Shown here in pieces: positions 24,762 to 33,113 of a stretch of DNA of 64,000 bases. Source of the stretch: a virus; the IMG/VR virus record IMGVR_UViG_3300016476_000256, positions 1 to 64,000 of that record, one strand, 5' to 3'. The notes beneath the pieces are model-generated. The model was not told the origin of the DNA. It saw only the letters and a list, made by a program, of their open reading frames with translations, and did no database searches. The position numbers and the translations under genes are program-made. Positions within the stretch are counted from its first letter, which is position 1; each line of letters opens with the position of its first letter.

Positions 24762-25100
24762 ATGAATAAGTCTATCCCCTTTGGTTACCACTTTATAGGT
24801 AGCCACACAATTGTTAAACTTAATATGAACCTTACAGCTACTGATGCAGATGAAATTAGAAATCTATTTGACTTTAATGTTACACATGTAGGAAGATATG
24901 AATCTATGCTATGCAGAATAGAAGGAGTTGTTGGTATAAATGGTTTAGGAAGTGAAAAATTTGCACAATGGTTTAATAGACTTGAAGTGTATAAGATCAA
25001 TGCCAAGATGGAAAAACTGGCAAACAGAAAAGCAACATTGCTAGATGTAGCAATAGGTGCTGAAAATTTATTAGCTGATTTGAATGATTTACCCTTTTAA
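24762..25100 (+). CDS. hypothetical protein
   Basis: 112-aa ORF. Confidence 0.6.
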   Translation: MNKSIPFGYHFIGSHTIVKLNMNLTATDADEIRNLFDFNVTHVGRYESMLCRIEGVVGINGLGSEKFAQWFNRLEVYKINAKMEKLANRKATLLDVAIGAENLLADLNDLPF

Positions 25101-25105
25101 AATTT

Positions 25106-25249
25106 ATGATTATGAAAACAATTGGAATTGTATTATTATGGTTTGTATTTATTGGTGCTATAGCAACTTTAGTTAGTTGTGGTACCACTCATCACTGTGA
25201 TGCTTATGGTCAAACAGAGCAAGTACAGAATAAAACTGTAAGCAAATGA
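25106..25249 (+). CDS. small lipoprotein (47 aa) with CDAY motif
   Basis: Hand-translated as MIMKTIGIVLLWFVFIGAIATLVSCGTTHHCDAYGQTEQVQNKTVSK. Lipobox LVSC. Its stop overlaps the next ATG. Confidence 0.5.
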   Translation: MIMKTIGIVLLWFVFIGAIATLVSCGTTHHCDAYGQTEQVQNKTVSK

Positions 25250-25494
25250 TTTACAGAAAGCTTAGAAAACTGGAACAGCATAAGAGGGATTTACAGTCCC
25301 TCATTATTGCTGCTTATCAGTCAGGGGCAGATCCTGAAGTAGTTATGATTAGAGTGAGTGACCTACAATGGGACATGGATATACTAGACAGAGAAATAGA
25401 AGAAGAGAAAATCTTCTTAGGTTTCAAATGGGGTTTAGCTATATTCTTGGCCAGTATGGTAGGACTCATTATTGTTACACTAATTTATAAATAA
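25246..25494 (+). CDS. tail-anchored membrane protein
   Basis: 82 aa with a C-terminal TM helix (LAIFLASMVGLIIVTLI). Confidence 0.55.
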   Translation: MIYRKLRKLEQHKRDLQSLIIAAYQSGADPEVVMIRVSDLQWDMDILDREIEEEKIFLGFKWGLAIFLASMVGLIIVTLIYK

Positions 25495-25498
25495 GATT

Positions 25499-25786
25499 AT
25501 GATTCAAAAATTAATTGTACTATTGATTCTCCCAATGTTTTTAGCATCATTTAAAGATGATACTAAATATGTGGGACTTACTAAAGATGAAGTAAGATTT
25601 GTAAAGAACATTGAAAGAATGGAAGCAGAAGAACTTACAAAAGTTTATAAAACTGCTGATGGAAAAGTTATGGTAGAATTTGGTAGTGTTAAGTATTTAC
25701 TAAACACATCTACCGGATTTGTAGATAACATGTGGGTTCTAGGTGATGATGATACCACTTGGGAAGAGCTTGGACCAGAATATTAA
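25499..25786 (+). CDS. small secreted/membrane-anchored protein
   Basis: 95 aa with an N-terminal hydrophobic signal (LIVLLILPMFLASF). Confidence 0.55.
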   Translation: MIQKLIVLLILPMFLASFKDDTKYVGLTKDEVRFVKNIERMEAEELTKVYKTADGKVMVEFGSVKYLLNTSTGFVDNMWVLGDDDTTWEELGPEY

Positions 25787-25850
25787 TTATATTTGCGTGC
25801 ACCTATAACCGCAATAAACAGATGAAAGGTGTTATAGTCTGTTTAATATT

Positions 25851-25924
25851 GGTCCTGTAGCTCAGCTGGATAGAGCAACTGCCTTCTAAGCAGTAGGTCT
25901 TTGGTTCGAATCCAAACAGGATCA
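25851..25924 (+). tRNA. tRNA-Arg: tRNA-Arg (anticodon UCU)
   Basis: Cloverleaf folded by hand: acceptor GGTCCTG/CAGGATC (one G-T pair), D arm GCTC/GAGC, anticodon stem ACTGC/GCAGT with loop CTTCTAA, variable loop AGGTC, T arm TTTGG-TTCGAAT-CCAAA, discriminator A. No encoded CCA. Confidence 0.9.
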
Positions 25925-25942
25925 CTATTATTAACTAAACCT

Positions 25943-26173
25943 ATGCATATGAGAGATGACAAACTTATACAGTCTGTAATGGGATTTAATTTCAAGATTG
26001 CAGTTAAAGATGAGAATAACCAAATGGTTAAAACAGGTATCAAATATACTATTCAACGTAGTGAAGGTAGTATAACTGCATTTAAAAATAGGATAGCTGA
26101 TAAAAAATGGTTTACTCACTTTAATGATGGTCTTTACAACAAAATTCTAGACTACAGAAAAAACAATGACTAA
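25943..26173 (+). CDS. hypothetical protein
   Basis: 76 aa (MHMRDDKLIQSV...). Start moved from 25901, because the longer ORF overlaps the tRNA. Confidence 0.5.
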   Translation: MHMRDDKLIQSVMGFNFKIAVKDENNQMVKTGIKYTIQRSEGSITAFKNRIADKKWFTHFNDGLYNKILDYRKNND

Positions 26174-26224
26174 GATTTTTAAGATAGTGTATTCTGTGAA
26201 TATACTTTTCCAATCCAAATAATA

Positions 26225-26249
26225 GGGGGTAGTAATGCCCCCTTTTATT
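26225..26249 (+). terminator. intrinsic terminator
   Basis: GGGGG/CCCCC stem with loop TAGTAATG, then TTTTATT. Confidence 0.6.
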
Positions 26250-26330
26250 GTTAGCTATATATTGCATTATTTTATTTTCTACAAGCAATTCTACTTGATT
26301 TTATCACGTATTTTTACTACAGAATAAATA

Positions 26331-26603
26331 ATGTTATATCAATTACCAAGCGGAAAAGTTGTTCATCTAAGCATTGAAGAGTACCTAGATCTTACAGATT
26401 TGGATATACAGTTCTTAATGTCTATAGATTATGGTGAACATATCATAGACCCTTTTACCGGTTCTGCTGTTGAGAAAAACACCAGAGAAAAATTTATTGA
26501 TACAGACTTTCTTCCACTAGAAGATTATGACATTAATGATATACCATCAGATGATATTCCATTTGATGATATCATTGATTTACAGGATCCAATGGATAAC
26601 TAG
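26331..26603 (+). CDS. strongly acidic small protein
   Basis: 90 aa. By my count, 23 D/E versus 4 K/R. The C-terminus is DYDINDIPSDDIPFDDIIDLQDPMDN. Confidence 0.6.
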   Translation: MLYQLPSGKVVHLSIEEYLDLTDLDIQFLMSIDYGEHIIDPFTGSAVEKNTREKFIDTDFLPLEDYDINDIPSDDIPFDDIIDLQDPMDN

Positions 26604-26630
26604 TATTGCTAATCGCGATATGCAATACTA
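26601..26630. promoter_or_regulatory. 30-bp near-perfect palindrome (operator-like)
   Basis: TAGTATTGC-TAATCGCGATAT-GCAATACTA: 9-bp arms plus a central ATCGCGAT palindrome. Lies between 26331..26603 and 26723..27196. Confidence 0.45.
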
Positions 26631-26722
26631 ACACTTATCACTTAGCTTGAGTAACTAATGATATAGTAAACACTACACTCAAACAATCTATTTATTTATT
26701 TATTTATTAAAAACCAAGAATT

Positions 26723-27196
26723 ATGAATTCAACAGTTAAAATTGTAGCTGATGCTACTACAGGTGCAGTAGTTAGAGTTTCTGAAACAAATCCAGAGTTT
26801 GCTTCTGTAAGATTAGAACAAGTACGTACAGTTATTGGAAGCAATAACTTTGTTGAGCGTAAAACAGTTTCTACTTTATTACAAGGTGCTACTGAAGATT
26901 TAACCGCAATGGGCTTTTATGCAGGACAAGAACTACCAGGAACTATTGTTGTAGAAGAGTCTTTGACTCCATTTAACAAGAAGAATCCTGAGCGTGATCT
27001 TAAAATTGCTGGAGAAACAGGTATTGTATGCCGTGTAGGTGACCAACCAATTTACCGCAGATCTATTTATTCTACAGCATCTAATGCACAAGACACACTT
27101 ATTAAGCATGACAATGTAGAGCAATTACGTTCTGCATATGCACAAGCAAATACTTCTGCTATCAGAAATGCAGCAGGTCAAGACTTTAATATCTAA
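26723..27196 (+). CDS. hypothetical protein
   Basis: 157-aa ORF with its own upstream gap, followed by a strong terminator. No motif recognised. Confidence 0.65.
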   Translation: MNSTVKIVADATTGAVVRVSETNPEFASVRLEQVRTVIGSNNFVERKTVSTLLQGATEDLTAMGFYAGQELPGTIVVEESLTPFNKKNPERDLKIAGETGIVCRVGDQPIYRRSIYSTASNAQDTLIKHDNVEQLRSAYAQANTSAIRNAAGQDFNI

Positions 27197-27218
27197 GATA
27201 TAAGGTTGATAGGTAGAG

Positions 27219-27250
27219 GAGGGCTGGGCAACTAGCCCTCTTTTATTTTT
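27219..27250 (+). terminator. intrinsic terminator
   Basis: GAGGGCT/AGCCCTC stem (27219-27225/27234-27240), then TTTTATTTTT. Confidence 0.75.
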
Positions 27251-27271
27251 TATGATTTATTAATATGAAAA

Positions 27272-27772
27272 ATGTATAAAATGGAAAAGTTAAAACAGGA
27301 AATTAGAAATTATCAGTTGAATGCAGGTAAAACTTACATGCAGTATGAATCAGATGGGTACTCTCAGTATCAAAACTATTTGTACAAAAGAGCACTGTAT
27401 GGTTTAAATTCACTGACAGAAGAAGAGCTTGCTTCTATGTGCAGCAAAAAGAAACAGAGAGTAATCAATGTTTATAAACGTGCACAGAAAGTACTTAATG
27501 TATTCAAGCAACAGGTAACAAACCAGTATAGTAACTACATCTTCAAAACTCTGTTTCCAAAGAGTCCATGGACTGATGATATGCTTGCATATTCAGAGAC
27601 AGATGAGAAGTTTACTAACACTTTAACTTTTAAAGATTTAAATATCTCTAAACAAGATATTATTGGTATCTTTATTACTGAAGGAATTCTTCCTAAAAAC
27701 TTTTTAAGTTTAAAGGAAGCACCAGTAACATTACCAAGATTAAAAACTAAAGAAAATGAAAACATTTTATGA
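27272..27772 (+). CDS. hypothetical protein
   Basis: 166-aa ORF. An alternative start exists at 27281. Confidence 0.6.
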   Translation: MYKMEKLKQEIRNYQLNAGKTYMQYESDGYSQYQNYLYKRALYGLNSLTEEELASMCSKKKQRVINVYKRAQKVLNVFKQQVTNQYSNYIFKTLFPKSPWTDDMLAYSETDEKFTNTLTFKDLNISKQDIIGIFITEGILPKNFLSLKEAPVTLPRLKTKENENIL

Positions 27773-28088
27773 CAAAAGAGGATGTCGTGGAGTAGATGAT
27801 AGTCCTAATATTGAAGCATTACAAGGAAGAGTTCTTTGGAAAACAAAGACACATTGGCTTATTTATATAAACAAGGATGATTATTACAATTCCTTTATTA
27901 GCAATCTAGAACAAAGAGATGTGTATCACACTACACTAATTGGGTACATTGTAATTCCAAGAGGTGTAATTATACATCAATGCTATCTTGCTACTGGCTT
28001 TTGGGATGGTCTTAAAGCTTTATATAGAAGCGGTTTAGATAGTTATACTAGTAATAGTAAGGGTGAGTTTCCTGAAGAGTTACTATGA
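27756..28088 (+). CDS. hypothetical protein
   Basis: 110-aa ORF, overlapping its neighbours. Confidence 0.6.
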   Translation: MKTFYDKRGCRGVDDSPNIEALQGRVLWKTKTHWLIYINKDDYYNSFISNLEQRDVYHTTLIGYIVIPRGVIIHQCYLATGFWDGLKALYRSGLDSYTSNSKGEFPEELL

Positions 28089-28489
28089 AACTTAAAACTT
28101 GTGATGGCTGTCAGAAAGAGACGGTCATTTGGAAGAACCATGGGGGATTTAAATACTGTAAATATTGTTGGAGTTGCCAAAAAGCCATTGATAGTGACAG
28201 TGTACAGAAACCAACTGACTATAAAGTTCCCCAGGTTTCTTCTAAACGGAAAAAAAAAGATCAAGAGTATTTAAAGTTAAGAAACAGATTTCTTACTGAT
28301 TTCAGTCTATGTCAGATTGCAGTAAAAGGTTGTTCTGTTAATGCCACAGATGTACATCATACATATGCTGGTGCTAATAGAGATGCCTTTTACTTAGTAC
28401 AATCTACATGGCTTGCAGTCTGTAGAAATTGCCATGATTGGGTGCATAGTCATCCAAAAGAATCAAGGGCACTGGGATATTTAAAATGA
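28085..28489 (+). CDS. HNH-type nuclease-fold protein with N-terminal zinc ribbon
   Basis: CDGCQ...CKYCW ribbon. VHHTYAGANRD...CRNCHDWVHSHP fits the HNH pattern HH..N..C..CH..H. Confidence 0.5.
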   Translation: MKLKTCDGCQKETVIWKNHGGFKYCKYCWSCQKAIDSDSVQKPTDYKVPQVSSKRKKKDQEYLKLRNRFLTDFSLCQIAVKGCSVNATDVHHTYAGANRDAFYLVQSTWLAVCRNCHDWVHSHPKESRALGYLK

Positions 28490-28510
28490 TTTAAAAACAA
28501 ATTAAAATTT

Positions 28511-29254
28511 ATGATTATGAACATGATTGGAAAAGAATTTAAAGTAAACACAACTACAGATTATTCAAAATTTGCAGTATTACCCATGAATAGAGGTATT
28601 GATAGCAAGCATGTACAAAAGATGATTGCTAGTATCCGTAAAATGGGAGTACTAAGATGTGTTATTACTACAACCACTGATATAATAGAGGGTGAAAAGA
28701 AAAGATATATTATTGATGGTCAACATTTAGCTACTGCATTAGAGAGAGAAGAAATGCCTATTCCTTTTATTGATATTAATGTAGAATCAGAAGAAGACCT
28801 AATAATGAAGATGGCTTATCTAAATAACTCATCTAAATCTTGGGACTTAATGAATTATATTAATTCATGGAAGATGATCCGGCCAGACTACATGAAGTTA
28901 TTCAAGTGGAAGAACATGTATGACATAGAAATAACTATGTTAGCTGCAATTGGTATTAATAATGCTAGTATTAAATATAGTACTCAAAGCATTAAAACAG
29001 GTGATTTTAGAATTACTAATCCAAATGCAGAAGATATGTGTAAAGCATTTAATGATATCTTCTTAAAGATTGGTATGTCTGAGCGGTCAGTAAAGTTTCA
29101 GTTTCTTACAGCATTCTTACAGGCTTATGGTAATTATAACCATCAGAAGGTAGTTACTAATCTTGACAAGCATCTTAAGACTGTAAAGCTTATGTTGAAT
29201 GGAGAAGAAACTGCTACTTATATTAGACGTAAAATATTTAATTTACCAAAATAA
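28511..29254 (+). CDS. ParB N-terminal-domain-like protein
   Basis: LPMNRGIDSKHVQKMIASIRKMGVL...YIIDGQHLATAL resembles the ParB/Srx-fold DGQHR-type motif. Confidence 0.55.
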   Translation: MIMNMIGKEFKVNTTTDYSKFAVLPMNRGIDSKHVQKMIASIRKMGVLRCVITTTTDIIEGEKKRYIIDGQHLATALEREEMPIPFIDINVESEEDLIMKMAYLNNSSKSWDLMNYINSWKMIRPDYMKLFKWKNMYDIEITMLAAIGINNASIKYSTQSIKTGDFRITNPNAEDMCKAFNDIFLKIGMSERSVKFQFLTAFLQAYGNYNHQKVVTNLDKHLKTVKLMLNGEETATYIRRKIFNLPK

Positions 29255-30348
29255 TGGAAAGACAGGAAATACAAGATGAAGCTTTAAAAGCTACTGAGGG
29301 TAAACAAAGATGCACAATTGTACTTGGTACAGGTGTAGGTAAAACCCTTGTTGGTTTAAAGCACATGGAGAAACATTATTCTCCATTACAAAGCATTCTG
29401 ATTGTTGCTCCCAAACTGTCTATCATTAGCTCATGGAGATATGAAGCTGAGAAATTTGGGTTAAGTAAAGTATTGGAAAATGCTAAGTTTACTACTTATC
29501 TCAGCTTAAATAAACATAATCCTGATGAATATGATGCAGTTTACTTTGATGAAGTGCACAGTTTATTAGATAGTCACAGATCTTTTCTTAATAATTATGC
29601 AGGTAGAGTACTGGGTTTAACTGGTACTCCACCAAAGCATAAGACATCTGAAAAGGGTAAGATAATATCTGAATACTGCCCAGTTGTCTATACTTTTAAG
29701 GCAGATGATGCAATAGAAAATGGTATTATTAATGATTATCAAATAATTGTGCATGAGATTAATCTAGATACAGCAAAGAACTACAAAGTTTCAACACAGA
29801 AAGGAAGTTTTATGACATCTGAGTTGCAGAACTATGGTTATTGGGGTACAAGGATTGATACAGGGTCAGGGCAACCTCATATTCTTAGAGTAATGAGAAT
29901 GAAAGCAATGATGGAGTATCCAAGTAAAGAGAGATATGCAAAAGCTTTGTTAAACAGTATAACAAGCAAGTGTATTGTATTTGCTAACACTCAAGAGCAG
30001 GCTGACAGAATGTGTGAACATAGCTATCACAGTACCAATGAAAGTTCTCATGAGAACCTACTTGATTTTAAGAAAGGTAAGATAAATAAACTTTCATGTG
30101 TGCTGCAGTTAAATGAAGGTGTAAACATACCAGGTTTAAAACAAGGTATTATTATGCATGCATATGGTAATGAGCGTAAGGCTAGTCAAAGAATAGGAAG
30201 ACTTTTGCGTTTAAATCCAGATGACAAGGCTATTGTGCACATACTATGTTATGTAAATACAGTTGATGAGAAATGGGTTAAAGATGCTTTAGAAGACTTT
30301 AACCAAAGTAAAATAGTGTGGAGAAATTATAGCTTGCAAGGCACATAA
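29254..30348 (+). CDS. SF2 (DEAD/DEAH-box type) helicase
   Basis: Walker A LGTGVGKT, DEVH box (YFDEVHS), LTGTPP (motif III), QRIGRLLR (motif VI). Confidence 0.75.
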   Translation: MERQEIQDEALKATEGKQRCTIVLGTGVGKTLVGLKHMEKHYSPLQSILIVAPKLSIISSWRYEAEKFGLSKVLENAKFTTYLSLNKHNPDEYDAVYFDEVHSLLDSHRSFLNNYAGRVLGLTGTPPKHKTSEKGKIISEYCPVVYTFKADDAIENGIINDYQIIVHEINLDTAKNYKVSTQKGSFMTSELQNYGYWGTRIDTGSGQPHILRVMRMKAMMEYPSKERYAKALLNSITSKCIVFANTQEQADRMCEHSYHSTNESSHENLLDFKKGKINKLSCVLQLNEGVNIPGLKQGIIMHAYGNERKASQRIGRLLRLNPDDKAIVHILCYVNTVDEKWVKDALEDFNQSKIVWRNYSLQGT

Positions 30349-30364
30349 TTCTTATATTTATTAT

Positions 30365-30619
30365 ATGGAAGATGTTAAGACACATAAACTTATTCTGCAT
30401 AATGACAAGAAAAATACATTTGCATATGTAATGGCTTGTCTCATAAGATTTTGTGAGCACCATCCAACACAAGCAGAACAGTGTGCTTTGCTTGCACATG
30501 AGATGGGAAGATGCACAGTAAAATCTGGTGACTTACTAGAAATGCTTGAGATTTCAGAATCTTTGCGTAATTTAGAGCTCAAAACATCAGTAGAACAGTA
30601 TGAGAGCAATATGCATTGA
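30365..30619 (+). CDS. clpS: ATP-dependent Clp protease adaptor ClpS homolog
   Basis: HKLILHNDKKNTFAYVMACLIRFCEHHPTQAEQCALLAHEMGRCTV aligns by eye with the E. coli ClpS core [24 protein letters not shown]....A.QLMLAVHYQGKAICGV. Confidence 0.8.
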   Translation: MEDVKTHKLILHNDKKNTFAYVMACLIRFCEHHPTQAEQCALLAHEMGRCTVKSGDLLEMLEISESLRNLELKTSVEQYESNMH

Positions 30620-30875
30620 TGCTTCAAATAAACCAAGCAAAGTACCTGAAAGTGAGTGGGTTATAGAAGGTGAAGTTTATACTATTACCAGAGTTGTTAG
30701 AATGGGATTACAGGATAATAAGTTTGGTGTTTTATTAAAAGAAGTTAAGCTATCAAGCAGTTCTTTTCCTTATGAGTTATATGACGCAGAAAGGTTTTTA
30801 CCAATTGATTTACTAGCAGAAGCATTTCAAGATAAAGAAGAAACAGTTAAAGAAGCTGACTTAGAACTAATTTAA
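30600..30875 (+). CDS. hypothetical protein
   Basis: 91-aa ORF. Confidence 0.55.
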   Translation: MRAICIDASNKPSKVPESEWVIEGEVYTITRVVRMGLQDNKFGVLLKEVKLSSSSFPYELYDAERFLPIDLLAEAFQDKEETVKEADLELI

Positions 30876-30880
30876 ATTTT

Positions 30881-31369
30881 ATGGAAGATGATGTTTTAGC
30901 ACTTTATAAAGTTGCAAATAAAGACATTGTAGATATTATTGAGAAGTTTAATCTCACAGCTAAAACTAGAAAACGAGGTATAGTCTACAAAAGATATTAC
31001 TTGTATCATGTGTTAACATCAAGAAGATTTCTTACTTGTAGTATGACGGGTAAGTTTTTTGGTAAAGACCATTCAACTGTTATTCACGGACTTAAGCTAC
31101 ATGATTATTGGTGGAAAGTAAAAGATATGAACTATCTAACTGAAATTAATCCAATACATGAGTTATTAAAAAATGAAAAAATAAGTGATGGTAAATTTGG
31201 TTTTGAGGTTCAACACCTTGGTGAGGAAGAAACAAAAGTTATTATAACAGGTAACTTTGATTGGAGAGTATTAGAAAAACTACCCAGTAGAATGTCAAAA
31301 GAAGAATTAACTAAAATTTTTAAAGAACATGGGAAGAATGAAAGAGGCATATATTCAGTTAATGAATAA
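30881..31369 (+). CDS. DnaA C-terminal (domain IV)-like DNA-binding protein
   Basis: SMTGKFFGKDHSTVIHGLK resembles the DnaA domain IV signature (..DH(S/T)TV(I/L)HA..K). Confidence 0.5.
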   Translation: MEDDVLALYKVANKDIVDIIEKFNLTAKTRKRGIVYKRYYLYHVLTSRRFLTCSMTGKFFGKDHSTVIHGLKLHDYWWKVKDMNYLTEINPIHELLKNEKISDGKFGFEVQHLGEEETKVIITGNFDWRVLEKLPSRMSKEELTKIFKEHGKNERGIYSVNE

Positions 31370-31559
31370 TAATGACGGTATACCAGAGGATATGACTCTT
31401 GCTGACTTAATAAGAATGAGAGAGTTAAACATCTATAATTGGCAAGAATATGAAAGAGCGCAAGAAAGAACCAGACTACAACTTAATAAACAAACAGATC
31501 TGGGAGAGACTACAAAAGATTCTGAAGGAGAGTCCATCAGAAGAAAAGAAAACAATTAA
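31329..31559 (+). CDS. hypothetical protein
   Basis: 76-aa ORF. Start uncertain (41-nt overlap with the upstream gene; internal ATGs available). Confidence 0.45.
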   Translation: MGRMKEAYIQLMNNNDGIPEDMTLADLIRMRELNIYNWQEYERAQERTRLQLNKQTDLGETTKDSEGESIRRKENN

Positions 31560-31571
31560 AAAACCAAAAAA

Positions 31572-32030
31572 ATGAAAAAATTATTATTAGCCTTAGTAAC
31601 AGTTATATTATTTGCAACTACATCTTTCTCACAATGGGTGAGTAAAAAGATTGACAATGGATTTGATACTCCATATTATATAGCATATACACAAGATGGT
31701 CAAAATGCATATCTTAAATTAGAAAACTATAATGGAATTGCATTCTACATGGGTGGAGTATACATTTGTGAAGATGCTGTTAATGTAGATATTTCTTTTC
31801 TAGTTAATGGAGAGTATCAAAAGTATTATACAAAAGGTAATGTATCTGAAAACCGTAAAACAGTTTTTATGGTAGATGATCTTAATTCAGACCCAGAGTT
31901 TCTGGCTGACTTTAAAGCTGCCTCTGTTGTAAGAATTAGAGTTAATGATACCACTTGTGATACAGAAATCTATGAATTTAAAATGACAGGCAGTACAGCA
32001 GCCTTTAATACAGTGTCTAATCAAAAGTAA
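31572..32030 (+). CDS. secreted protein
   Basis: 152 aa with an N-terminal signal peptide (MKKLLLALVTVILFATTSFSQ). Confidence 0.6.
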   Translation: MKKLLLALVTVILFATTSFSQWVSKKIDNGFDTPYYIAYTQDGQNAYLKLENYNGIAFYMGGVYICEDAVNVDISFLVNGEYQKYYTKGNVSENRKTVFMVDDLNSDPEFLADFKAASVVRIRVNDTTCDTEIYEFKMTGSTAAFNTVSNQK

Positions 32031-32032
32031 TT

Positions 32033-32227
32033 GTGAAGCACTTTATTAAATATCTATTGGTATGGATAAGCCAAAACTTGTCCATACCATTTTGGATGGT
32101 AGGTCATATACATCTATCAGTAAATGTATATGAAGATATCCATGAGATACTAATGTCATTTGGTATGAACATCATAGTAGCTATAGGATTTACTATAGAT
32201 TACTTAGAACAAAGAAAACAAAAATGA
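32033..32227 (+). CDS. small membrane protein (GTG start)
   Basis: 64-aa ORF with hydrophobic segments. Non-ATG start, so uncertain. Confidence 0.4.
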   Translation: MKHFIKYLLVWISQNLSIPFWMVGHIHLSVNVYEDIHEILMSFGMNIIVAIGFTIDYLEQRKQK

Positions 32228-32589
32228 AAGTATTACTAATATTTGCCGTGTTGTTCAGCTTTGTAGATCCTAATCCTTTAATTACTAAGGGAAGAGTAAG
32301 CTACTATGGACAGCACTGGACAGGAAGATTAACTGCTTCCGGAGAAAGATTTCATGCAGATAGTTTAACATGTGCACACAAGACTTATAAATTTGGAACT
32401 CTTCTTAAAGTAACAGACTCAAGAAATGATTCTGTTATATATGTGAAGGTAAATGATAGGCTACCAAAGTCTTCTCATTTTATTGCAGATTTAAGTTATG
32501 GAGCTGCAAAAAAGTTAAATTTTATAAAAGCTGGAGTTATTTCTGTAACTTTGGAAGTTGTTGATACAGTGCAAATTAATAAAAAATAA
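32224..32589 (+). CDS. RlpA-like double-psi beta-barrel (DPBB) protein, secreted
   Basis: Signal peptide, then GRVSYYGQHWTGRLTASGERFHADSLTCAHKTYKFGTLLKVT......IYVKVNDRLP, which is the RlpA/DPBB_1 signature. Confidence 0.85.
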   Translation: MKVLLIFAVLFSFVDPNPLITKGRVSYYGQHWTGRLTASGERFHADSLTCAHKTYKFGTLLKVTDSRNDSVIYVKVNDRLPKSSHFIADLSYGAAKKLNFIKAGVISVTLEVVDTVQINKK

Positions 32590-32592
32590 GTT

Positions 32593-32811
32593 ATGCCGGA
32601 TATAACTATGTGCCATGGATTTGAATGTCCTGTAAAAGAAAAGTGTAAGAGATTTACTGCAAAGCCTGATGAGCATTGGCAAGCATATTTCCTAGAACCA
32701 CCATATGATAAAACTAATACAAGGTTTACATGTGACTATTATTGGGGGGATAATGCTGAAGCTATATGGAAACAGTTAAATGATATTATGGGTATATCTC
32801 TACCAGAGTAG
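32593..32811 (+). CDS. Cys-rich small protein
   Basis: 72 aa: MCHGFECPVKEKCKRF...FTCDYYW. Confidence 0.55.
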   Translation: MPDITMCHGFECPVKEKCKRFTAKPDEHWQAYFLEPPYDKTNTRFTCDYYWGDNAEAIWKQLNDIMGISLPE

Positions 32812-32860
32812 TGTTAACTTGTAAGACCAAAAAACTTTACAAATTTTAAACCTATAAGCT

Positions 32861-33112
32861 ATGAAACAAACAGCAGTAGAATGGTTCTTCAAATGGTTTA
32901 ATGATAATCCTGAAGCAACACACAAAGAATATGCGGAAGCATTTAATCAAGCCAAAGCAATGGAGAAGGAGCAGATGATTAATTTTGCAGAGTTTGTAGC
33001 AACATATCCAGACAAGAATATAAATATCAATGGAGAAATGTTACATGCAAAGTCTAAGTATGATGGTGCTGAAAGAACAGTAGACTTATTAGAAACCTTT
33101 AAATCAGAATAA
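32861..33112 (+). CDS. hypothetical protein
   Basis: 83-aa ORF. Confidence 0.55.
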   Translation: MKQTAVEWFFKWFNDNPEATHKEYAEAFNQAKAMEKEQMINFAEFVATYPDKNININGEMLHAKSKYDGAERTVDLLETFKSE

Positions 33113-33113
33113 G

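Noticed and set aside
25843-26043. Track ORFs overlapping the tRNA gene (25843..26043 minus strand; the 25901 start of the plus-strand ORF).
   Set aside because: They overlap a well-folded tRNA. The plus-strand gene has a plausible internal start at 25943, just after the tRNA.
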